DNA from: Narcine bancroftii
Lineage: Eukaryota
Assembly (NCBI RefSeq): GCF_036971445.1
Contig: NC_091470.1
Span: 140,120,001 to 140,184,000 of the forward strand
Length of the DNA: 64,000 bases
Direction: 5' to 3'
Positions 35,739 through 52,728 of this stretch are shown in pieces. The notes under the pieces were generated by a model that worked only from the letters and a program-made list of their open reading frames with translations, was not told where the DNA came from and made no database searches. How positions within the stretch are numbered: position 1 is the first letter of the stretch; every line of letters begins with the position of its first letter. Both the position numbers and the translations under genes were made by a program.

Positions 35739-38700
35739 TCTTCTATGGCTTGGCTTCCCAGACATAGATTTATGGAGGGGTAATGTCCATGTCAGCTGCA
35801 GGCTCGTTTGTGGCTGACAAGTCTGATGTGGGACAGGCAGACACGGTTGCAGTGGTTGCAAGGGAAAATTGGTTGGTTGGGGTTGGGTGTTGGGTTTTTC
35901 CTCCTTTGTCTTTTGTCAGTGAGGTGGGCTCTGCAGACTTCTTCGAAGGAGGTTGCTGCCCGCTGAACTGTGAGGCAGCAAGATGGACGGTTTGAGGCGA
36001 TATCAGCCCAATGGCGGTGGTCAATGTGGCAGGCACCAAGAGATTTCTTTAGGCAGTCCTTGTACCTCTTCTTTGGTGCACTTCTGTCTCAGTGGCCAGT
36101 GGAGAGCTCGCCATATAACACGATCTTGGGAAGGCGATGGTCCTCCATTCTGGAGACGTGACCTACCCAGCGCAGTTTGATCTTCAGCAGCGTGGATTCG
36201 ATGCTGTTGGCCTCTGCCATCTCGAGTACTTCAATGTTGGAGATGAAGTCGCTCCAATGAATGTTGAGGATGGAGTGGAGACAACACTGGTGGAAGCGTT
36301 CTAGGAGCCGTAGGTGATGCCGGTAGAGGACCCATGATTTGGAGCTGAACAGGAGTGTGGGTATGACAACGGCTCTGTATACGCTAATCTTTGTGAGGTT
36401 TTTCGGTTGGTTGTTTTTCCAAACTCTTTTGTGTAGTCTTCCAAAGGTGCTATTTGCCTTGGCGAGTGTGTTGTCTATCTCGTTGTCGATCCTTGCATCT
36501 GATGAAATGGTGCAGCTGAGATAGGTAAATTGGTTGACCATTTTGAGTTTTGTGTGCCTGATGGAGATGTGGGGGGGCTGGTAGTCATGGTGGGGAGCTG
36601 GCTGATGGAGGACCTCAGTTTTCTTTAGGCTGACTTCCAGGCCAAACATTTTGGCAGTTTCTGCAAAACAGGACGTCAAGCGCTGAAGAGCTGGCTCTGA
36701 ATGGGCAATTAAAGCGGCATCGTCTGCAAAGAGTAGTTCACGGACAAATTGCTCTTGTGTCTTGGTGTGAGCTTGCAGGCACCTCAGATTGAAGAGACTG
36801 CCATCCGTGCGGTACCTGATGTAAACAGCGTCTTCATTGTTGAGGTCTTTCATGGCTTGTTTCAGCATCATGCTGAAGAAGATTGAAAAGAGGGTTGGTG
36901 CCAGAATGCAGCCTTGCTTCATGCCATTGTTAATGGAGAAGGGTTCAGAGAGCTCATTGCTGTATCTGACCTGACCTTGTTGGTTTTCGTGCAGTTGGAT
37001 AACTATGTTGAGGAACTTTGAGGGGTATCCGAGGCGCTCTAGTATTTGCCAAAGCCCTTTCCTACTCACGGTGTCGAAGGCTTTGGTGAGGTCAACAAAG
37101 ATGATGTAGAGTCCTTTGTTTTGTTCTCTGCACTTTTCTTGGAGCTGTCTGAGGGCAAAGACCATGTCAGTAGTTCCTCTGTTTGCGCGAAAGCCACACT
37201 GTGATTCTGGGAGAACATTTTCGGCGACATTAGGTATTATTCTATTTAGGAGAATCCTAGCAAAGATTTTGCTTGCAATGGAGAGCAGCGTGATTCCCTT
37301 GTAGTTTGAGCAGTCTGATTTCTCGCCTTTGTTTTTGTACAGGGTGATGATGATGGCATCATGAAGATCCTGAGGCAGCTTTCCTTAGTCCCAGCAGACC
37401 TTGAAAAACTCATGCAGTTTGGCATGCAAAGTTTTGCCACCAGCCTTCCAGACCTCTGGGGGGGATTCCATCCATACCTGCTGCTTTGCCACTTTTCAGT
37501 TGTTCAATTGCCTTATATGTCTCTTCCCGGGTGAGGACCTCATCCAGCTCTAGCCTTAAGGGCTGTTGAGGGAGCTGGAGCAGGGTGGATTCTTGGACTG
37601 AGCGGTTGGCACTGAAGAGATTGGAAGTGTTCTGACCATCGGTTGAGGATGGAGATCTTGTCGCTAAGGAGGACTTTGCCATCTGAGCTGTACAGCGGGC
37701 TTTGGACTTGGGGTGAGGGGCCATACACAGCCTCGTAAAAACCCCTGAAGTCGCCAATGTCCACGCTGAGCTGGGTTCGTTTGGCGAGGCTAGTCCACCA
37801 CTCATTTTGGATCTCCTGGAGTTTGCGCTGAAGATGGCTGCATGCGTGATGGAAGGCTCGTTTCATCTCTGGCCAGGACGGCTTTGCAAGGTGAGCCTGG
37901 TGGGCAGCTCACTTCTTTGCCAGGAGCTCCTGGATTTCCTTGTTGTTTTCGTCGAACCAGTCCTTGTTTTTCCCTGGAGGAGAAGCCCAGTACCTCTTCG
38001 GTGGATTGCAGTATGGCAGTCTTCAGCTGATCCCAGAGGGTTTCGGGGGATGAGTCCGTGAGGCAGATTGCATCCTCAAGCTTTGCTTTGAGGTTTGCCT
38101 GGAAGTTTCCTCTCACTTCATCTGACTGCAAGCTTCCAACATTGAACCTCTTTCTGGGGGATTTACTGTTCCTGGACTTTGGCTTGAAGTGAAGGTTGAG
38201 CTTGCAGCGAACCAGCCGGTGGTCAGTGTGACATTCCGCACTGGGCATGACCCTGGTGTGGAGCACATCTCGTTTGTCTTTTTCTCATACCAGGACATAG
38301 TCCAGGAGGTGCCAGTGTTTGGATCAGGGATGCATCCAGATAGTCTTTAGGCTGTCCCTCTGCTGAAAAAGGATGTTTGTAATGACAAGCCACTGTTCTG
38401 CACAGAGCTCCAACAGGAGACGCCCATTGTCGTTGCACTTGCCGACACCATGCTTGCCCAGGATTCCTGGCCAGGTTTCTGAGTCTTTATCGACGCAAGC
38501 ATTGAAGTCGCCAAGGATGACAACCTTGTCAGCTGTAGGGGTGCGTTGATGAGGTTGCACAGATCAGTGTAGAACTTGTCCTTTTCTGCTGGTTCCACCT
38601 GGAGGGTTGGAGCATAGACACTGATGAGGGTGATGCGACGCTTGTTTTGAAGGGGGAGTCACATGGACATGATCTGGTCCAAGTGGCCTGTCGGGAGGTT

Positions 38701-39240
38701 TTCGAGTTTGGAGGCAATGGAGTTCTTGACCATGAAGCCTACACCAGATAGGCATCGTTCATCCATAGGCTTGCCAGACCAGTAGAGTGTGTAGCCCGCG
38801 CCGCGTTCTTGGAGGCTGCCTACATCTGCAAGGTGGACTTCACTGAGAGCGGCTATGTCGATGTCAAGTCTGAGGAGTTCATGTACGATGAGGGCAGACC
38901 GACGTTCAGGTCGGTGGCTGTCAGCCTTGTCCAGCATGGTTCTGATGTTCCAGCATGCTAGCTTGAGTTTGTGAGCATCTTTTGAGGGGGAGGACGTGGA
39001 GGGGGAGGATGTGGACATATCCTCGGGCCTGCGCAAAGGAGCTTTTAGGTGGAGTGCAGTGTGCGCAGTACTGGCCCCACCCTTTACACCCATGGTTCGT
39101 ATGCTGTGGCCAAGCAAGCTGGGACGTGGCAGCAAGGTCCTTGGGTCGTAGGTTTTATATCGGAGTGGCCTTCTCCTATGCAGGTTGCTTACGCGGGCTG
39201 GAGGGGCCTGCCTCCCCTCCTAGGTTGGACCATACCTGGT
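35739..39240 (-). mobile_element. Near full-length RTE-clade (BovB-like) LINE, APE endonuclease + RT, frameshifted
   Basis: Endonuclease motifs [31 protein letters not shown] and CHTDHRLVRC; RT motifs FVDLTKAFDTV..GMKQGCILAPTLF..LLFADDAAL. The 5' boundary is approximate. Confidence 0.92.
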
Positions 39241-39399
39241 CGCAAATCAGCTGTGTACATGGCCTAGGTAAGTTTAATTGGGTTCTCTAACTATCTCTGA
39301 GGTAGGTCAGGGACCCGGTTGGATTCTGACGGGGTTGACCGAGTCACACCCTTTCTTACTGCTGTGTAACTGGGGTGTAAAATGTAAAAAGCTAGGGGG

Positions 39400-39960
39400 A
39401 GGCGGCAGTCCCGGCCTCGACAGAGTGGAGCAGTTGGAAGCCCCGGTCCGGGCAGAAAGAAGGAGGCGGCAGCCCCGGTCCGGGCACAGGGAAGGCGGCG
39501 GCGGCCCCACCCCCTGTCCGAGCAGAAGGTAGGCAGCGGCGGCCCCGATCCAGGCAAAAGTGAGGGGGAGGTGGTGGCCCCGGCCTTGGTAGAGCAAAGC
39601 AGGTGGAGGCCCCGATCCAGGCAGAAAGAAGGAGGAGGCGGCCCTGGTCCGGGCACAGGGAAGGCGGCGGCGGCCCCGGCCCCAGTCCAAGCAGAAGGTA
39701 GGTGGCGGCGGCCCTGATCCGGGAAAAAGCGAGGGGGAGGTGGTGGCCCCGACCTCAGTAGAGCGAAGCAGGCGGAGGCCCTGGTCCGGGCAGAAAGAAG
39801 GAGGCGGTGGCCCCGGTCCAGGCACAGGGACGGTGGCAGCGGCCCCGGCCCCAATCCGAGCAGAAGGTAGGTGGCGGCGGCCCCGATCCGGGAAAAAGTG
39901 AGAGGGAGGCGGCAGCCTCGGGCTCGGTAGAGCAAAGCAGGCGGAGGCCCCTGTCTGGGC
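39400..39960. repeat. GC/CpG-rich ~170-bp tandem array (~3.3 copies)
   Basis: Unit starting CC.GGTCCGGGCAGAAAGAAGGAGGCGG recurs at ~39441, ~39611 and ~39779. Confidence 0.8.
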
Positions 39961-42900
39961 AGATACATAAACATCCGACAACACACATACACTTATACAT
40001 AAACAGACCCTCCTACACATGCACTTACACATAAACACCTCACCACAAACATACACTTGGACATAAACAACCCCCACACACATACACTTACACATAAATA
40101 AACCACACACACACATACACTTACACATAAATAAACCACACACACACATACACTTACACATAAATATGCCACAAACACACATACACTTACACATAAACAC
40201 CACACACACATACACTTACACATAAATACACTCCACACACATACACTTACTCATGAACACCCACCCATACACATACACCTACAAATAAACACCCAACCAC
40301 ACACACATGTCCAGTTGCACATAAACACCCTCACACACCTACACTTAAACATAACCCACACACACCCCCACACACACATACACTGATACATAAACACCCG
40401 ACAACACACATACACTTATACATAAACAGACCCTCCTATACATGCTCTTACACATAAGTACCTCCCCACACACATACACTTACACATAAACACCTCACCA
40501 CAAACATACACTTGGACATAAACAACCCCCACACATATATACTTACACATAAACATCCCCCATAGACTTAAACATAAATACCCCACACACACATTCACTT
40601 AATCATAAACATCACCCCAAACATACACTTACACATAAACATCCTAAACACACATACACTTACACATAAACATCCCACCACACACATACACATGGACATA
40701 AACATGCCCCCACACATACACCCCTTGCTCCACACATACACTTACATATAAACATGCACCAAACAAACATACACTATACATTAACACCACGCACACACAT
40801 ACACTTACACTAAACATCGCCCCTCACATATATTTACACATTAAAATCCCCACACAGACAGACACATACACATAAACACCCACCAGACGCATACACTTAC
40901 ATAAACATACCCTTCTACACATGCACTTACTCCTAATCACCACCACACACACATACTTTAATACATAAACACCCCACACACACACACTTACACTTACACC
41001 TAAACACCTCTAAACTCACATACACATAAATAAGAACCTCACACACACATTACATATAAACAATCCCCCACACACATACATTTACATGTAAACACCCACC
41101 ACACACATACACTTATACATGAACAAACCTCCACACACATACATTTACACTTAACACCACCACATAAACACAAACACTTACACAGAAACATATCCCCCAC
41201 TCACACATACACTTCCTCATAAACACCCACCCAAAATATACATTTACACATAAACACCCTCCACATACATATACACATAAACACCAGCACACACATACCC
41301 TTACTAAAAAAAAACTCAATCATGCACTTACACATAAACACACCTCCACACACATCCACTTTCATATAAATTTCCCCCACACACATACACTTACACATAA
41401 ACACAACCCCACACACACCTAACCACACTCCACACACATCCATTTGCACATAAACACACCACACACACACACACACACACACACTTATATTCAAACACCC
41501 CGCACACAAATACACTTACACATCAACACCTCCTGCAGGCATAAATATACACATAATCACCCACACAGACACATACACTTACACATCTTCATCCCCCATA
41601 CACATACACTAACACATAAACGCCCCACACATACACATACACATACACATACACATGAATTCATCCCCACACACATACACTTACACATAAACACTCCCCG
41701 CATACATACATTTAGACTTAAAATCCCTCCACACACCTACACGTACACATAAACAGCCCCTACACACATACACATACACATAAACACACCCCAAACACAT
41801 AAACTGATACATAAACAACCCCAACAAATATATACACTTACACATAATCACCCCACACACACACATTCACTTACACAAAGACACACCCCACACACATACA
41901 TTTGCACATAAAAACCCTCCACACTCATACAATTACACATAAATACCCACACACACATACACTTACTCATGAACACACACCAACACACATACACCAGCAC
42001 ATAAATACCCCCCACACATGTGTACAGTTGCACATAAACACCTACACTTACAAATAAACACACACACAAATATAATTACACATAAACATCACCCACAAGC
42101 ATACATCTACACATAATCTACCCCACACATACACGTATACATAAACACCACCCACACACACATACACACACATAATCACCCTGCACACACATACACTTAC
42201 ATATAATCACCCTACACCCACACATTCACGTACACATAAACACACACACGCACACATACTCTTGCACATAAACACCCTCCACACACATACAATTGCACAT
42301 AAATATACCCACACACAAATACAGTTGCTTATGAACACACTCCCACACACATAAACCTGCACATAAACACCACCCAACACGCATACATGTACAGTTGCAC
42401 ATAACACCCTCACATACCCACACTTACACATAAACATCACCCACAAACATACACTTACACATTAAAACATCCACACACACATACACTTACACATAAACAA
42501 GCCGCAAACACCATACACTTACACATAAACACCCCCCAACATTCGCATACACTTACACTTAAACATCCCCAGACACATTCACTGGGACATAAACAACACC
42601 CACACGCAGACATGTCGACATGAATACCCCCAACACACATACACTTACACATGAACAAACCCCCAGAAACATGCACTTAGACATACACACCCCACACACA
42701 CATATGCAAACACATTAAAAAACCCACACACATACACTAACACATAAACAACACACACACAGGGACGTATAATTATATACCCCCCCCACACATATACAAT
42801 TACACATGCACCGCACACATTCACTGACACATAAACACCCCACCACATACACAGACACTTACGCATAAAGTCCCCCGCATACCTACATTTATATATAAAC

Positions 42901-45900
42901 ACGTCCCACACACATACACTTACACCTAAACACTCCCAATAACACATACCCTTACTCATAAACACATACACCTGCATTTACATATAAACACACCTCACAC
43001 ACATACTCTTAAAACACTCCGCACATTTACACTTAAACATAAACATCACCCACAATCATACATCTACACATAAACACACCGAACACATACACTTACACAT
43101 AAACACCGACCGTACACATATACACCTACTCCATACATACACATGAATAAACACCAGTCAAACTCACATACACTTGCACAATAACACCCTATTACACACA
43201 GACACTTACACATAAAGAATCTCCACACAAATACACTTACTCATAAACAGCCACCACATACATGCACCTAAACATAAACACCCTTCACATAAACATACAC
43301 TTACACATATATACCCCCACACACATACAATTATACATAAACACCCTCCCACACACATATACCTACACATAAACACGCTCCATACACAGATACACCTACA
43401 CATAAACAGCGCACACATACGTACATTTGCACATAAACACCTCACACACAAACACATACATGAACTCACCTCCACATACATACACTTACACTTAATACCA
43501 CCCCACAAATGCAAACACTTACACAGAAACATATCCCCCACTCACACATACACTTACTCATAAACACCCACCCAAAATATGCACTTACACATAAACACCC
43601 TCCACACACATACACATAAAGACCCACACACACACACCTAACCACACCCCACACACATACACCTAGACATATGCAACCCCACACACATATACACATACAC
43701 AAAAACACACCCACACACATACACTTACGTAAAAACAACTCCAAACACACATACACCTACACATAAACACAACCCCACACACACCTAACCACATCCCACA
43801 CAGATACATTTGCACATAAACACACCACACACACACACACATTTATATTTAAACACCCCGCACACACATACACTTACACAACAAAAACACCTGCACGCAT
43901 AAAAATACACATAATCACCCACACAAACATACACTTACACATCTTCATCCCCCACATCATACATACACTTATACATAAATACCTCTAAACTGACATACAA
44001 TTATAAATAAACACTCCCCACACACATACACTTAAACATAAAATACCTCATATACACTTACACATAAACATCATCCACAAACATACACCTACACTTAAAC
44101 ACCCCCAACACATACACTTATTCATAAACACCCACGCACACACACACATACACTTACAAATAAACTGCCCCCATTCACATACATTTACATATAAACACCA
44201 CCCACAAACATACACTTACACATAAACACTCCCCACACTCATATATTTACAAATAAATACCCCACCATGCACATACACTAACCATGAACACACGCCCACA
44301 CACATACACTTACACATATACACCTACCATTCACATACATTTACATTTAAACACATACACACAAACACACACTTACACATAAACACTCCCCCCACTCATA
44401 CATTTACAAATAAATACCCCACCATGCACATACACTAACCATGAACACACGCCCACACACATACACTTACACATATACACCTACCATTCACATNNNNNNN
44501 NNNNNNNNNNNNNNNNNNNNNNNNNNNNNNNNNNNNNNNNNNNNNNNNNNNNNNNNNNNNNNNNNNNNNNNNNNNNNNNNNNNNNNNNNNNNNNNNNNNN
44601 NNNNNNNNNNNNNNNNNNNNNNNNNTACCCATACACAGATGCATCGACATAAATATCCCCTGCACACATACACATACTCATAAACAAACGCCCAAAAATA
44701 TACACTTAGAAAAACACACCACCACACACATACACAAACACATAAACAACCCCCACACACATACACTTACACATAAACAACTCCACACATATAGATATAC
44801 ACATATATAACCCCCCCACACATATGTACTTACATGTAAACACACCCCACACATATTCACTTGCACATAAACACCACCCCACACACATACACTTACAAAT
44901 ACTCTTACACCACACAACACATACATTTACTCATAAACACAACCGACACAAACACTTACACATACACACCGATGGTACACACACATACAACTACACATAA
45001 ACACCATACTCCACACATACTCATGAATAAACACCCCTCAAACACACATATACTTACATAATAAAACCCGAACAAACAAATACTCTTACAAATAAAGATG
45101 CTCACACACATACACTTACACTTAAATACACCCACACACATTCACTGGGACATAAACATCCCCCACACACATACACGTTAACATACATACCCCCTACACA
45201 CATGTACTTACACATAAACAACACCCACACACATACACTTACACATAACACCGCCCACACACATACTTATTCATAAACACCACCCACACTCATACACTTA
45301 CATATAAACACCCACCACACATACTTTTACTCTTAAAGACATCCGACACATACACATAAACACCGACCGTACACAAACATACCCCTACTCCACACATACA
45401 CATGAATAAACACCCCCCCAAACTCACATACACTTGCACAATAACACACACATACACTTACATATAAACACTCTCCACACAAATACAATACCTCATAAAC
45501 ACCCACCAAATACATACACCTAAACATAAACACCCTTCACATACACATACACTTACACGTATACACCATTCACACATAAAATTATACATAAACACACTCC
45601 CACACACATATACCTACACATAAACACCCTCAAAACACACATACACCTACACATAAACAGCACCCACATATGTACATTTGCACATAAACACACCCAACAC
45701 ATACAGTTACACATAAACAACCCCCACACACACTTACACATAAACACCACCCACAAACATGCACTTACACATAAACACTCCCCACACTCATACATTTACA
45801 AATAAATACACTGCGATGCACATACACTCTCTCATGAACACATACCCACACACATACACTTACACATAAACACCCCCGACACACATAAACTTACACATAA

Positions 45901-48154
45901 CCACCCCCCACCAATTCACATACGTTTACACTTAAACACACACATATTCACTGGGACATAACCAACACCCACACACAGATGCAACGACATATATAAACCG
46001 TACACACATACACATACTCATAAACTAACCCACAGAAATATACACAGACATACACACCCCACACACATACACAAACACATAAACATCCCCACACATATGT
46101 ACTTACACATAAACACCGCCCCACACACATACACTTACAAATACTCTTACACCACACAACACATACACTTACTCAGAAACACAACCGACACATACATTTA
46201 CACATAAACACTGATGGTACAAACACATACACCTACACATAAACACCCTACTCCACACCTACTCATGAATAAACACCCCTCAAATACAATATACTTACAT
46301 AATAAAACCCGAACAAACAAATAATCTTACAAATAAAGACGCCCACACACATACACTTACACTTAAATACACCCACACACATTCACTGGGACATAAACAT
46401 CCCCACACACACATACGTTAACATAAATATCCCCTACAATTATATACTTACACATAAGCAAACATCTTCAAATATACACTTAGAAATACACATCCCACAC
46501 ACACATACACAAGCACATAAACAACCCCCACACACATACACTTACATATAAACATCCACCACACATACTCTTACTCTTAAAGACATCAAACACATACACT
46601 TACACATAAACTCTGACCATACACACATACATCTACTCCACACATACACTTGAATAAGCACCCCCAAACTCACATACACCTGCCCAATAACACTCTATCA
46701 CACATATATACTTACACATAAACACTCTCCACACAAATACACTAACTCATAAACACCCACCAAATACATACACCTAAACATAAAAACCCTTCACATACAC
46801 ATATACAACCCACACATACAATTATACATAAACACCCTCCCACACACATACACCTACACATAAACAGCTCCCACATACATACATTTGCACATAAACACAC
46901 CCAACACATACAGTTACACATAAACACCACCCCACTCACATGCACCTTGACATACGCCACCCCACACACAAATACACATACACATAAACACACCCACACA
47001 CATACACTTACACATAAACAACCCCCACACACATACACTTACACATAAACACCCCTCCACACACACTCATAAACTTACACATAAACACCACACACACGCA
47101 CGCAATTACACATACACACACCCAACACATACATCTACACATAAATACACACCACACACATACACTTATGCATAAACACCCCCCAATAACACATACACTT
47201 ACAGATTAACACCCTCCACACACATACACAGACTTACTCATAAATACCCCTCACACATACACTTAAACATAATCGTCCCCCACACATATATACGTACACC
47301 TAAACATGAACACCCCCCCAAATACATACACTTATACATAAATTCCCCCAACATACACATGCACTTACACATTATCGCCCAACACACACATTCAGTTACA
47401 CAGAAACATCCCCCCCCACACACATAGACATGCATATATACATGCCCCACACACATATATTTACAAATATGTCCCACTACACATACACCTACTCATGAAC
47501 ACCCATCCCCACACACATACACTTACAAATGAATACCCCCACACACACATACACTTACACATGAACTCCCCCCACATACATACACTTACACATTAACACC
47601 ACCCTCAAACATGCACTTACACATAAACACTCACCACACTCATACATTTGCAAATAAATACACTGCCACGCACATACACTCTCTCATGAACACACACACA
47701 CCCACACACATACACTTACACATATACACCCACCACACACATAAATGTACACATAAACACCTCCGACACACATACACTTACTTATAATTACAACCCCACA
47801 CACATAAACACCCCACGATATACACATACACTTACACATAAAGCCCCCCAAACAAATGCACTTATATATAAACACATCTCACAAACATACATGTACACCT
47901 AAACACTCCCAATAATGCATACACGTACTCATAAACACCCCCACACACATACACTTACACATAAACATGCCCCGCACATATACATTTACACGTAAACAAT
48001 CCCACACACATACATTTACAAATATTTAACCGCCACACACATACACTTGCACATAAACAACCCACAAACACCATACACTAACACATACACACTCCCCAAC
48101 ATTCACATACACTTACACTTAAACATCCCCTGACACATTCATTAGGACATAGAC

Positions 48155-48211
<57 letters not shown>

Positions 48212-50901
48212 ACAGAAATACAACCTACACACATATTCTTACACATAAACAATCCCCCAGAAACATACACTTAGACATACACACGCCCCACACACATACG
48301 CAAACACATAAACAACCCACACATACACTAACACATAAACAACACCCAAACGTAGATGTACACTTATATACCCCTCACGCATATGCACTTACACATAAAC
48401 AACCCCCACACACAAACACATAAACTTAAACCTAAACACTCCCAATAACATATACCTTTACTCATAAACACCTACAATTACATATAAACAAACATCATAC
48501 ACATACTCTTAAAACACTCCCGACATATACACTTAACATAAAAATCACCCACAATCATACACCTACACATAAACACACCCAACACATACACTTACACATA
48601 AACACCGACTGTACACACACATACACCTACTCCATACATACACATGAATAAACACAAGTCAAACTCACATACACTTGCAGTATAACACCCGATCACACAC
48701 ATACACTTACACATAAACACTCTCCACACAAATACACTTACTCATAAACAGCAACCACATACATACACCTAAACATAAACACCCTTCACATAAACATACA
48801 CTTGCACATATACACCCCCACACACATACAATTATACATAAACACCCTCCCACACACATATACCTACACATAAACACCTCACACACACACAAAAACATAC
48901 ATGAACACATCTCCACATACATACACTTACACTTAACACCATCCAACAAACACAAACACTTACACAGAAACATATCCCCCACTCACACATACACTTACTC
49001 ATAAACACCCACCCAAAATATACACTGACACAAAAACACCCTCCACACACATACACATAAAGACACCCACACACAACCAACCACAACCCACACACATAAA
49101 CCTAGAAATACGCAACCCCACACACAAATACACATACACATAAACACACTCATGCACATACACTTACGCAAAAACAACTCCCAACACACATACACCTACA
49201 CATAAACACAACTCCACACACACCTAACCACACCCCACACAGATACATTTGCACATAAACACACCAGACACACACACACATTTTTTAAACACCCTGCACA
49301 CACATACACTTACACAACAAAAACACCTGCATGCATAAAAATACACATAATCACCACACAAACATACACTTACACATCTTCACCCCCCACCACACAATAA
49401 CTTATACATAAATACCTCTAAACTGACATACAATTATAAATAAAGACCCCCACACACATACACTTACATATAAACACTCCCCACACACATACACTTAAAC
49501 ATAATATACCCCATATACATTTACACCTAAACATCACCCACAAACATACACCTACACTTAAACACCCCCAACATATATACTTATTCATAAACACCCAACC
49601 ACACACACATACACGCACATAAACACCCTCCACACAAATACTTACACATAACCCCAACACACACACATACACTTAAATATAAATGCCCCGCACCTACATA
49701 CACTTAAACAAAAATACACACCCACACACATACACTTACACATAAACACTCACTGCACACATACACATACACTTATACTTAAACAACCCCACATAAAAAT
49801 ACACATAACCCCACCAACCACACATATACTTCCAGATGAACACACCCCGAACACAAACATTTTCACTTAACACCATCGCACAAAAATGGACACTTACATA
49901 TAAACCCCCACCAGACACACATACACCTACACATAAAAATATGCCCACATACACTTAGACATAGACACCATTTGCAAACAAATACTTACACGTAAACACT
50001 CCCCACACACATACATTTACAACTAAATACCTCACCACACACATATACTTACTCATGAACACCCCCACACACACACACTTACAAATAAACTCCCCCCACA
50101 CACATACACTTACAAGTAAACGCCCCCACATACGTATACATACATATAAACACCGCCCACAAACATACACTTACACATAAACACTCCCCACACTCATACA
50201 TATGCAAATAAATACCGTGCCACACACATACACTTACTCATGAACACTCACCCACACACATACACATACAAATATACACCTACCATTCACATACACTTAC
50301 ACATACACAACCCCGACACACATAAACTTTCACATAACCACCCCCCACCATTCACATACACTTACACTTAAACACACACACACACACATATTCACTGGGT
50401 CATAACCAACACACACACACACACAGATGCATCGACATATATAAACCGTACACACATGCACATACAATAAACTAACCCACAGAAATATACACTAAGACAT
50501 ACACACCCAACAAACACATAAACAAACACATAAACAACCCGACACATATAGATAAACACATACATACCCCCACGCATATGTACTTACACATAAACACACC
50601 CTGCACATATTCACTTACACATAAACACCGCCCCACACACATACACTTACATATACTCTTGCACCACACAACACATACACTTACTCATAAACACAACCGA
50701 CACATACACTTACACATAAACACCGACGGTACACACACATACACCTACACATAAACACCCTACTCCACACATACTCATGAATAAACACCCTTCAATCACA
50801 CATACACTTACATTTAATTGCACCCACACACATTCACTGGGACATAAACATGCCCCACATACATATACGTTAACATAAATACCCCCTACAAACATATACT
50901 T

Positions 50902-52728
50902 CTTTCTTTGGCTTGGCTTCGCGGACGAAGATTTATGGAGGGGGTAAAAAGTCCACGTCAGCTGCAGGCTCGTTTGTGGCTGACCAGTCCGATGCGGGAC
51001 AGGCAGACACGATTGCAGCGGTTGCAAGGGAAAATTGGTTGGTTGGGGTTGGGTGTTGGGTTTTTCCTCCTTTGCCTTTTGTCAGTGAGGTGGGCTCTGC
51101 GGTCTTCTTCAAAGGAGGCTGCTGCCCGCCAAACTGTGAGGCGCCAAGATGCACGGTTTGAGGCGTTATCAGCCCACTGGCGGTGGTCAATGTGGCAGGC
51201 ACCAAGAGATTTCTTTAGGCAGTCCTTGTACCTTTTCTTTGGTGCACCTCTGTCACGGTGGCCAGTGGAGAGCTCGCCATATAATACGATCTTGGGAAGG
51301 CGATGGTCCTCCATTCTGGAGACGTGACCCATCCAGCGCAGCTGGATCTTCAGCAGCGTGGACTCGATGCTGTCGACCTCTGCCATCTCGAGTACCTCGA
51401 CGTTAGGGGTGTGAGCGCTCCAACGGATGTTGAGGATGGAGCGGAGACAACGCTGGTGGAAGCGTTCTAGGAGCCGTAGGTGGTGCCGGTAGAGGACCCA
51501 TGATTCGGAGCCGAACAGGAGTGTGGGTATGACAACGGCTCTGTATACGCTTATCTTTGTGAGGTTTTTCAGTTGGTTGTTTTTCCAGACTCTTTTGTGT
51601 AGTCTTCCAAAGGCGCTATTTGCCTTGGCGAGTCTGTTGTCTATCTCATTGTCGATCCTTGCATCTGATGAAATGGTGCAGCCGAGATAGGTAAACTGGT
51701 TGACCGTTTTGAGTTTTGTGTGCCCGATGGAGATGTGGGGGGGCTGGTAGTCATGGTGGGGAGCTGGCTGATGGAGGACCTCAGTTTTCTTCAGGCTGAC
51801 TTCCAGGCCAAACATTTTGGCAGTTTCCGCAAAGCAGGACATCAAGCGCTGAAGAGCTGGCTCTGAATGGGCAACTAAAGCGGCATCATCTGCAAAGAGT
51901 AGTTCACGGACAAGTTTCTCTTGTGTCTTGGTGTGAGCTTGCAGGCGCCTCAGATTGAAGAGACTGCCATCCGTGCGGTACCGGATGTAAACAGCGTCTT
52001 CATTGTTGGGGTCTTTCATGGCTTGGTTCAGCATCATGCTGAAGAAGATTGAAAAGAGGGTTGGTGCGAGAACACAGCCTTGCTTCACGCCATTGTTAAT
52101 GGAGAAGGGTTCAGAGAGCTCATTGCTGTATCTGACCCGACCTTGTTGGTTTTCGTGCAGTTGGATAATCATGTTGAGGAACTTTGGGGGACATCCGATG
52201 CGCTCTAGTATTTGCCAAAGCCCTTTCCTGCTCACGGTGTCGAAGGCTTTGGTGAGGTCAACAAAGGTGATGTAGAGTCCTTTGTTTTGTTCTCTACACT
52301 TTTCTTGGAGCTGTCTGAGGGCAAAGACCATGTCAGTGGTTCCTCTGTTAGCGCGAAAGCCGCACTGTGATTCTGGGAGAATATTCTCAGCGACACTAGG
52401 TATTATTCTATTTAGTAGAATCCTAGCGAAGATTTTGCCTGCAATGGAGAGCAACGTGATTCCCCTGTAGTTTGAGCAGTCTGATTTCTCGCCTTTGTTT
52501 TTGTACAGGGTGATGATGGTGGCATCACGAAGATCCTGAGGCAGTTTACCTTGGTCCCAACAAAGCTTGAAAAACTCATGCAGTTTGGCATGCAGAGTTT
52601 TGCCGCCAGCCTTCCAGACTTCTGGAGGGATTCCATCCATACCTGCTGCTTTGCCACTTTTCAGTTGTTCGATTGCCTTATATGTCTCATCCAGGGTGGG
52701 AACCTCATCCAGCTCTAGCCTTAGGGGC
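50902..52728 (-). mobile_element. 5'-truncated RTE-clade LINE with uninterrupted RT ORF
   Basis: ORF 50958-52937 is open across the element from PLRLELDEV to the C-terminal C..C zinc finger (FPCNRCNRVCLSRIGLVSH); AAG/AAAG tail at 50902. Confidence 0.95.
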
